Virus record (IMG/VR): IMGVR_UViG_3300035670_000623
Span: 1-38,014 of that record
Direction: 5' to 3' (one strand)
Length of the DNA: 38,014 bases
From: a virus
Taxonomy: Duplodnaviria > Caudoviricetes
Part shown: positions 27,708 through 33,896 of the stretch, piece by piece
Layout of the letters: each line of letters starts with the position of its first letter
How positions within the stretch are numbered: the stretch's first letter is position 1
The notes under the pieces: model-generated
The model's database searches: none
Seen by the model: the letters and a program-made list of their open reading frames with translations, nothing else
What the model was told of the DNA's origin: nothing
Position numbers and translations under genes: made by a program

Positions 27708-27721
27708 CTATTGCCTAATGT

Positions 27722-27798
27722 AAATAGTATTAAGCTATAGCAATACATTAACCTATAGAAATAAATATGTTTACGCGAGGCAATGGATTATTTAGGAT
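27722..27798 (+). promoter_or_regulatory. Rightward promoter with upstream ATAG-repeat block
   Basis: TTTACG-17 nt-TAGGAT; the upstream block is similar to the reverse complement of 22991-23040. Confidence 0.6.
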
Positions 27799-27835
27799 GT
27801 GCTTGTACCGACTTGGTACTAACTAGGGGAGCAAC

Positions 27836-28024
27836 ATGGAATCAATCAAAATCGAAGGCGTAGAGCAGCACACAGGCATTTACGTTGACACTATTGCTGA
27901 AGATGTCTGGATCAACATTATCGTAAGAAATGGCACTGCGAATCTCTGCATAACTCCTGAAAACGCTGAGAAGCTGATCGAGGCTATCCGAATCGCTATC
28001 GGCGAGGTTGAATATGCAGGTTGA
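27836..28024 (+). CDS. Hypothetical protein
   Basis: Strong RBS AGGGGAG; first gene after the promoter. Confidence 0.7.
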   Translation: MESIKIEGVEQHTGIYVDTIAEDVWINIIVRNGTANLCITPENAEKLIEAIRIAIGEVEYAG

Positions 28025-28038
28025 TATATAATTAAATC

Positions 28039-28144
28039 GTCATTGTGCCAGCATTGACAACACTAAAGCCCTTTAGCTTTGGTTTTCAATCCCTTAAGTG
28101 GGAACGTGCTGGCACACGGAAAACCAAAACTAGAGGGTTTTTTT
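28039..28144 (+). ncRNA. C4/CI-like kissing-loop RNA element 3 (leader of the HNH gene)
   Basis: Homologous to element 2; loops TGCCAG (28046-51) and CTGGCA (28109-14); TATAAT at 28027-32. Confidence 0.75.
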
Positions 28145-28648
28145 ATGGAAAAAATTTGGAAACAAATACCAAATTGGAAAGAATACGAAATTTCTAATTA
28201 TGGTGAAGTGAGAAGAATTGAGAAAAATTGTGGGGCAACAGTAGGAAAAACATTAAAACCATCAAAACTTAAAAATGGTTATTTAAAAGTGTCTTTATGT
28301 AGAAATTCAAAAAGAAAAGAGTTCTTAATTCATAGGCTTGTTGCAATGACATTTATTGGGGATGCAGATGGTATGGATGTGTGCCATATAGATGGGACAA
28401 GAAATAATAATAAATTGTCAAATTTAAGAATAGATACAAGAAAAGGAAACATGAGAGATGCAGTTGAACATGGAACAATGATTAAAGGAAGCAAAGTAGG
28501 AACTAGTAAGTATAAAGAAGATTTCATTTTAAAAATAAAAGAGCATTTTAAAAATGGATCAACAGTTGTTGAATTGCATAATAAATTTAACATTCCGAAA
28601 CCAACTTTGTACGGAATTAAAAATAATGTGAATTGGAAATGGCTATGA
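28145..28648 (+). CDS. NUMOD4-HNH homing endonuclease with C-terminal HTH
   Basis: WKQIPNWKEYEISNYGEVR (NUMOD4), IHRLVAMTF..VCHIDGTRNNNKLSNLR..N (HNH); strongly AT-rich. ATG at 28145 is preferred. Confidence 0.9.
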   Translation: MEKIWKQIPNWKEYEISNYGEVRRIEKNCGATVGKTLKPSKLKNGYLKVSLCRNSKRKEFLIHRLVAMTFIGDADGMDVCHIDGTRNNNKLSNLRIDTRKGNMRDAVEHGTMIKGSKVGTSKYKEDFILKIKEHFKNGSTVVELHNKFNIPKPTLYGIKNNVNWKWL

Positions 28649-28977
28649 GTAAAGACGTAGACCCTCATGCTGCAATTGATTTTATGATTAAAAATGCTAA
28701 TGCTTACGCTAAAGCAAAAGCTAATGTTACGTATCTTGAGGAATGGAAAAAATCCAAGAAAGCAATCCTGTTCAGTCAGGCTATCGGGAATACAGTCGCA
28801 GACAGGGAAAATCAGGCTTATGCTCATCCAGAGTACCAAGCCTTACTAAAAGGGCTTCAGGCGGCTGTAGAGGCTGCTGAGGAGCTTAGGTGGAAGTTGA
28901 TTGCAGCACAGGCTAGGATCGATGTCTGGCGGTCTCAGGAGGCTTCTAATCGAACAATGGATAGGGTGACGCAATGA
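28645..28977 (+). CDS. Coiled-coil phage protein (possibly UvsY-like)
   Basis: ATGA overlap with the HNH stop; helical pattern. Function is uncertain. Confidence 0.6.
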   Translation: MSKDVDPHAAIDFMIKNANAYAKAKANVTYLEEWKKSKKAILFSQAIGNTVADRENQAYAHPEYQALLKGLQAAVEAAEELRWKLIAAQARIDVWRSQEASNRTMDRVTQ

Positions 28978-29249
28978 CCATAGATGACATTATCCGCGTG
29001 GCAAGAGAGGCTGGATTCGATTTGACCATGTTTGAGTTTTCTCTGGGTTTTGTTACTCACGGAACACATGAAGAATTTGAACGCTTCGCCGCCTTAGTCG
29101 CAGCAGCAGAGCGTGAGGCAATAGCGCAAATGATTGAAGATTCCCCGCCATTAGTTTCTTTTGCTCAGAATGAAATGGGTGGCTGTTTGACTTGTGGGTT
29201 TACACCCAAGCTGGCAGCGTTAACTATCCGCGAAAGGGGTAAGCCATGA
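28974..29249 (+). CDS. Hypothetical protein (ERFAALVAAAERE family)
   Basis: Common accessory phage motif; ATGA overlaps. Confidence 0.7.
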   Translation: MTIDDIIRVAREAGFDLTMFEFSLGFVTHGTHEEFERFAALVAAAEREAIAQMIEDSPPLVSFAQNEMGGCLTCGFTPKLAALTIRERGKP

Positions 29250-29440
29250 CTGAAATACAAGATAACGTGCCAGACGATAGCAATTTGGCACAATGTGAAT
29301 ATTGCGGTTGGGTAGTAGATTGGGATGAGGTTCCGAGGGCTAGGGATATATCTGGCGAGATCGTTACCTGCTGCGAGGAGTGCAACGAGGGCGAGAGTTT
29401 CGTCAATTATCCGAGCCAGAGATTTAATCAAAAAGGGTAG
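29246..29440 (+). CDS. Small acidic zinc-finger protein
   Basis: CEYC...CEEC. Confidence 0.6.
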   Translation: MTEIQDNVPDDSNLAQCEYCGWVVDWDEVPRARDISGEIVTCCEECNEGESFVNYPSQRFNQKG

Positions 29441-29466
29441 AATGATGGCAGCTATCGTGAGGCTAT

Positions 29467-29646
29467 ATGCAGCAGCCTTTATTCGAGAATCTGCCCGTAA
29501 AGATCAGGAAACTGACTCAGCGTGAGATAGACGCTTTGATGGAGCGTTGCTTTGGAAATCTTGAGTATTACCACGAGCCTGAGATCAGGAAATTTGCCAA
29601 AGAAATCCAGAGGGCTATGCTAAATGTGGAGAAAACGACAGATTGA
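29467..29646 (+). CDS. 59-aa hypothetical protein (not in ORF track)
   Basis: MQQPLFENLPVKIRKLTQREIDALMERC...; GAGG RBS; stop overlaps the next start. Confidence 0.6.
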   Translation: MQQPLFENLPVKIRKLTQREIDALMERCFGNLEYYHEPEIRKFAKEIQRAMLNVEKTTD

Positions 29647-29933
29647 ACTACCGAAACAAAAAGCTACTAGAGATCGCCAGAAAGCTGCCGTGTTGCCACT
29701 GCGGACGGGAGGACGGAACAGTAGTAGCAGCCCACAGCAACCAGTTGCGGGATGGCAAGGGAAAGAGTATAAAGGCTAGTGATTATCGAATTGCTAGCCT
29801 TTGTTTTTTGTGCCATTCCGAGCTAGATCAGGGTAAGAATCTTTCCAAACAGGAACGGGTCGAGATGTGGGAAGAAGCGCATCGCAAGACGATAGGTTTA
29901 CTATTTGAAAACGGTTATCTGGAGGTCAAGTGA
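29643..29933 (+). CDS. YbcO/DUF1364-like zinc-binding putative nuclease
   Basis: CCHCG..VVAAHSN..GK..KASD..LCFLCH. Confidence 0.7.
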   Translation: MNYRNKKLLEIARKLPCCHCGREDGTVVAAHSNQLRDGKGKSIKASDYRIASLCFLCHSELDQGKNLSKQERVEMWEEAHRKTIGLLFENGYLEVK

Positions 29934-30091
29934 AGAAGACCAAAGCTGAAAAAAAGATGAGTAAGGTTTATAACGAGTTCAAAGAGGGAACCTTGCACAG
30001 CGGTAAAAACGGAAAAGTTGTTACCAAGAAGAAACAAGCGGTCGCAATCATGTTATCGGAAGGTCGCAAAGCCTCGAAGGGGAAGAAATGA
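29930..30091 (+). CDS. 53-aa Lys-rich protein (DUF6496-like; not in ORF track)
   Basis: MKKTKAEKKMSKVYNEFKEGTLHSGKNGKVVTKKKQAVAIMLSEGRK...; GGAGG RBS, GTGA overlap. Confidence 0.75.
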   Translation: MKKTKAEKKMSKVYNEFKEGTLHSGKNGKVVTKKKQAVAIMLSEGRKASKGKK

Positions 30092-30252
30092 AAAAGAAAG
30101 GTGATCCGGGTTTGTACGCTGCGATCCATGCCAAGCGTAAACGTATTGCCGAGGGTAGTGGCGAGAAGATGCGTAAGGTAGGTTCTAAGGGTGCGCCGAC
30201 TAAGGCAGATTTCAAGGAAGCCGCTAAAACAGCCAAGCCGAGGAAAAAGTGA
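30088..30252 (+). CDS. 54-aa Lys-rich protein (not in ORF track)
   Basis: MKKKGDPGLYAAIHAKRKRIAEGSGEKMRKVGSKGAPT...; overlaps both neighbours by 4 nt. Confidence 0.75.
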   Translation: MKKKGDPGLYAAIHAKRKRIAEGSGEKMRKVGSKGAPTKADFKEAAKTAKPRKK

Positions 30253-30545
30253 CAGCAGCATGGACTAAGAAGGCTGGAAAGAACCCGAAGGGCGGTCTTA
30301 ACGAAAAGGGTCGCAAGTCCTACGAGGCTGAGAATCCCGGTTCAAACCTAAAGGCTCCGGTCAAGTCAGGGGACAACCCACGAAGGGCATCATTCCTAGC
30401 GCGTATGGGGAATATGCCGGGAGCAGAGTATAAAAATGGTGAGCCTACTCGTTTGCTACTATCTTTACGGGCATGGGGAGCCAGTTCAAAAGCCGATGCC
30501 AAGGCTAAAGCAGCCGCTATATCCGCAAGAAACAAGAAGAAATGA
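30249..30545 (+). CDS. Basic protein (DUF6321-like)
   Basis: GKNPKGGLNEKGRKSY..RRASFLARM motif. Confidence 0.7.
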   Translation: MTAAWTKKAGKNPKGGLNEKGRKSYEAENPGSNLKAPVKSGDNPRRASFLARMGNMPGAEYKNGEPTRLLLSLRAWGASSKADAKAKAAAISARNKKK

Positions 30546-31060
30546 GCCACCAGAGCCAGCTAGACTTTGTGTCTGGGTTAAAAAAGCGGTTTCCACAGTA
30601 TTTTTTCGAGGCTAGGGTCTTAGAGATCGGCAGTCTGGATGTTAACGGTTCTATCCGGCAATTCTTCGTCGGCTGCGACTATACCGGGGTTGATCTGGGT
30701 GAGGGTCGAGGCGTTGACGTAGTGGCTAAGGGTGAGGAACTTACCTATCCAGACAGCAGTTTCGACGTGGTGGCTAGCTGCGAGTGCTTTGAACATAACC
30801 CTGAGTGGGTAAAGACCTTCAATAACATGGCTAGGATGGCTTCAGGGCTGGTTTTCTTTACCTGTGCTACTACGGGCAGACCTGAGCATGGAACGAGGCG
30901 TACAAGCCCGGATGATGCGCCATTTTGCGGTGATTACTACCGGAACCTAACGGAACAGGACATTAAGAATAGTTGCGATCTATCAAAATTTGCAACTTAT
31001 GAGTTTTCTACTAACGCTAGTCCGGCAGATTTGTATTTCTGGGGCGTATGCAAGCAATAG
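30542..31060 (+). CDS. Class I SAM-dependent methyltransferase (type 11-like)
   Basis: VLEIGS, YTGVD, FDVVASCECFEH. Confidence 0.8.
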   Translation: MSHQSQLDFVSGLKKRFPQYFFEARVLEIGSLDVNGSIRQFFVGCDYTGVDLGEGRGVDVVAKGEELTYPDSSFDVVASCECFEHNPEWVKTFNNMARMASGLVFFTCATTGRPEHGTRRTSPDDAPFCGDYYRNLTEQDIKNSCDLSKFATYEFSTNASPADLYFWGVCKQ

Positions 31061-31731
31061 TCATTTGTACTGTCGGAAACCCCGGCATAGCGGTGCTGCT
31101 GGAATCGATCAATGTTTACGCTAACGACATTCCGGTTTACATAAGTTCGAAAAGTCCGATAAATACGACACATAAAGTGATACCAAATAACGGTTCCACT
31201 TTTGGGGATGCCTATAACGCAGCGGTTGACTATGCTTTCCAAGATGGAAACTACGACTCATTGATTTTAGCTAACGATGATGTGGTTCTTAATCCAGATA
31301 CGCTATCGTTGCTAAGGGAAGATGCGGGAATTCTGGAATCTCGTGGCGTTAAATACGGATTCTTAGGCGCAAGAAGTGACTATGTGTTGCCAGACCAAAA
31401 CATTCGGTTCCCGATAGAGGGGGATAAGCGTAACGGCTTACAGTGGGCAAGCGAGTCGAATATCAAGTTGACTCCGGTGATTGCGCCAATCTTCGCGTCG
31501 ATAAGCAGGGAAGCATGGGAAGTTGCAAAGTTTCCATCAACTAATTGGTATTCAGATAATATAATATGTCATGACTTAAACGTGGCGGGTTATCAGCATT
31601 TCGTCAGCAGGGCTTATGTGCATCATGCAGGGAGCCAGACGATAGGCGTTGATTTCAAGAAAAGCCATGAGGAACCGAGGGCGTGGATAATGGAAAAGCG
31701 CCCGGATATGTACGAGGCTATCTATGGCTGA
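31048..31731 (+). CDS. GT-A fold (family 2-like) glycosyltransferase
   Basis: FGDAYNAAV, LILANDDVVL, WYSD, YVHHAGSQT. Confidence 0.75.
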   Translation: MQAIVICTVGNPGIAVLLESINVYANDIPVYISSKSPINTTHKVIPNNGSTFGDAYNAAVDYAFQDGNYDSLILANDDVVLNPDTLSLLREDAGILESRGVKYGFLGARSDYVLPDQNIRFPIEGDKRNGLQWASESNIKLTPVIAPIFASISREAWEVAKFPSTNWYSDNIICHDLNVAGYQHFVSRAYVHHAGSQTIGVDFKKSHEEPRAWIMEKRPDMYEAIYG

Positions 31732-32719
31732 CGGATTACTTTCAAATGTTTTAGGTGCGGTAGATCGCAAAAAGCAAGAGGTCAAAGCTGGGCTAGGGCT
31801 TTTGGCTGACAATCCGCAGGAATGGCTAGCTCAGGCTACGGCTAGATATTTCCCAACTAAGGAAGAAGAACGGCAATATAGGGCTGTCAAACAGGCTGGT
31901 GGTGACATAACGCAAACTCCGTACTACCAAAAGATATTTGATTTAACACAGTTTCAAGGAAGTCTAAAGCCATTATCAAAGACGCAATTTCAGGTAGCTA
32001 ATGAGGTGGCTCAAAAAAATGCCACAGAAATGCTTGGATTGCCTCCAGACAATACGGCTATGGATAGGGCTAAAGCGATGGGGTTTGATACGAACGCTTA
32101 TCATGGAACAAACAGAGAATTCACAGAGTTTAGTAATGCAATGCTTGGCGTTAAAACTGGTGCAAAATCTGCACAAAAAGCGCATTTTTTTGCAAATAAT
32201 CCAGAATTATCAAACACTTATGTAAACACAGCAAATGTTTACAGATCATCTCCTCCGGCTTATGCTGATTTATTAAAAAATCCAAAAGCGTGGGAAGAAT
32301 TTAACGCTGCAACTGATGATGCTGGTAAGTGGGCTGTCTTGGAAAAGTACGGGATGAATTATTCAAGTGGTCAGGTAATGCCATTAATGTTGCGATTAGG
32401 GAACGCAAAAGTTAAGGATTATCAAGGTATCGGCTATAGAGATCAGACATTCAATGACTTAATTAAAGCTGCAAAAAAAGCAAAAAAGGAATCTGTTGTA
32501 TTTAAGAATACTTACGATCCGGGTCCGCATGAGGGTTCTAATGTTAAATCGGACGTTTACGCAGTATTTGACCCCAAAAATATCCGTTCCCGTTTTGCTG
32601 CATTTGATCCAGCAAGAGCTAATGAATCAGACTTATTGGCAGCAGGAGTTCCGCTAGGGCTAATAGGATCAACTCAAGTAGAGTTACCAAAGAAACAAGA
32701 GAAGAAACCAAAGAAGTAA
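31724..32719 (+). CDS. Protein with an ADP-ribosyltransferase-like (ART-PolyVal-type) domain
   Basis: AYHGT, HFFANNPELSNTY, GQVMPLML, YAVFDPKNIRSRFAAFDP. Confidence 0.6.
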   Translation: MADGLLSNVLGAVDRKKQEVKAGLGLLADNPQEWLAQATARYFPTKEEERQYRAVKQAGGDITQTPYYQKIFDLTQFQGSLKPLSKTQFQVANEVAQKNATEMLGLPPDNTAMDRAKAMGFDTNAYHGTNREFTEFSNAMLGVKTGAKSAQKAHFFANNPELSNTYVNTANVYRSSPPAYADLLKNPKAWEEFNAATDDAGKWAVLEKYGMNYSSGQVMPLMLRLGNAKVKDYQGIGYRDQTFNDLIKAAKKAKKESVVFKNTYDPGPHEGSNVKSDVYAVFDPKNIRSRFAAFDPARANESDLLAAGVPLGLIGSTQVELPKKQEKKPKK

Positions 32720-32746
32720 GCATGACACCCGAAAGGTAATGCAAAA

Positions 32747-33052
32747 ATGGAAACAACAGACGATTTTAAAACCACAGAAATCGGAAAAGGGTTAGCAGGA
32801 CCGGGAAGACCTAAAGGAATGCCTAATAAGGCTACTAGCAAGGTCAGAGAGGCTATTGCTGAGCTACTAGAGCGTAATGCAGGGAACATGGATAGATGGC
32901 TTAACGAGGTCGCAGATAAAGACCCGTACAAAGCCCTAGACCTAATGCAGAAGCTGAGTGAGTACCACATACCTAAGCTGGCAAGGACTGAGGTGACAGG
33001 TAAGGACGGGGAAGCTCAGGAGATGGTTATCAGATGGGGAGGGAAGAAATGA
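32747..33052 (+). CDS. terS: Terminase small subunit (probable)
   Basis: GPGRPKGMPNKAT and TEVTGKDGE motifs; upstream of TerL. Confidence 0.65.
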   Translation: METTDDFKTTEIGKGLAGPGRPKGMPNKATSKVREAIAELLERNAGNMDRWLNEVADKDPYKALDLMQKLSEYHIPKLARTEVTGKDGEAQEMVIRWGGKK

Positions 33053-33132
33053 GCTACAAGCCAGTAAATTGCCCAAGTTGCAGTGCGTTCCTAGTGAACA
33101 ACAAGTGCCTGAACTGCGGATACGTTAAGTGA
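33049..33132 (+). CDS. 27-aa zinc-ribbon microprotein (not in ORF track)
   Basis: MSYKPVNCPSCSAFLVNNKCLNCGYVK; GGAGG RBS; ATGA/GTGA overlaps on both sides. Confidence 0.65.
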   Translation: MSYKPVNCPSCSAFLVNNKCLNCGYVK

Positions 33133-33896
33133 CAGAGATTGTAAAGATAGGCGATGCAACGCTATATCTGGGCGATTGCTTAAATGTAATGCAATCTATA
33201 CCTGATAAGTCAGTTGATCTAATTCTGTGTGATTTGCCTTATGGAACTACGCAAAACAACTGGGATGCAGTAATACCGCTTGGTATTCTTTGGGGTGAAT
33301 ATCGAAGAATAACTAAGGACAACTCTGCAATAGTTCTGACGTCTGCGCAGCCATTTACTAGCGTTTTAATTGCCAGCAATCTTGCTGATTTTAAGTATGC
33401 TTGGGTGTGGGATAAGGTAAACAGACCGACAGGGCATCTGAACGCAAAAATACAGCCGATGAGACAAACAGAGGATGTTGTTGTGTTTTATAAAAAACAG
33501 CCAACATATAACCCACAAATGACTGACGGAGAACCCTACACTGCAAAAGGCTCCAAAAAATCAAATAACTACGGCTCTCAAAAAACAACAATCACAGTTT
33601 GCGATGGTAAGCGGTATCCAAGAAATCTTTTGTCAATTCCTGCTGATGAGCGAGGAACGGTAGGAAGAATTCACCCAACACAAAAGCCAGTTGCCCTAAT
33701 GGAATATTTTATTAAGACTTACACCAATGAGGGGCAAACCGTAATAGACAATACAATGGGGTCAGGAACAACGGGAGTTGCTTGCTCAAAGCTTAATAGG
33801 AAATTCATTGGCATTGAGAAAGATCAGTCTTATTTCAAAATCGCTTGTAATAGGATAGAGCAAGCATTAAAGCAAGTTCAAGTTGAGCTTATCTAA
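33129..33896 (+). CDS. DNA N6-adenine/N4-cytosine methyltransferase (beta class)
   Basis: DLPY catalytic motif at the N-terminus, HPTQKP, DNTMGSGTTG SAM-binding motif at the C-terminus. Confidence 0.9.
   Translation: MTEIVKIGDATLYLGDCLNVMQSIPDKSVDLILCDLPYGTTQNNWDAVIPLGILWGEYRRITKDNSAIVLTSAQPFTSVLIASNLADFKYAWVWDKVNRPTGHLNAKIQPMRQTEDVVVFYKKQPTYNPQMTDGEPYTAKGSKKSNNYGSQKTTITVCDGKRYPRNLLSIPADERGTVGRIHPTQKPVALMEYFIKTYTNEGQTVIDNTMGSGTTGVACSKLNRKFIGIEKDQSYFKIACNRIEQALKQVQVELI

Noticed and set aside
27433-27748. Minus-strand ORFs of 86 and 68 aa over the candidate ncRNA
   Set aside because: They are antisense to the local transcription direction and have no recognisable motifs or convincing RBS.
28079-28144. 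22-codon N-terminal extension of the HNH ORF from TTG 28079
   Set aside because: It lies inside the RNA stem with no RBS, and the NUMOD4 domain starts right after ATG 28145.
27360-28144. Elements 2 and 3 as a CRISPR mini-array, tRNAs or IS ends
   Set aside because: There are only two dispersed copies and no repeat-spacer periodicity. They lack T-loop/anticodon/CCA features, and there is no transposase or target duplication.
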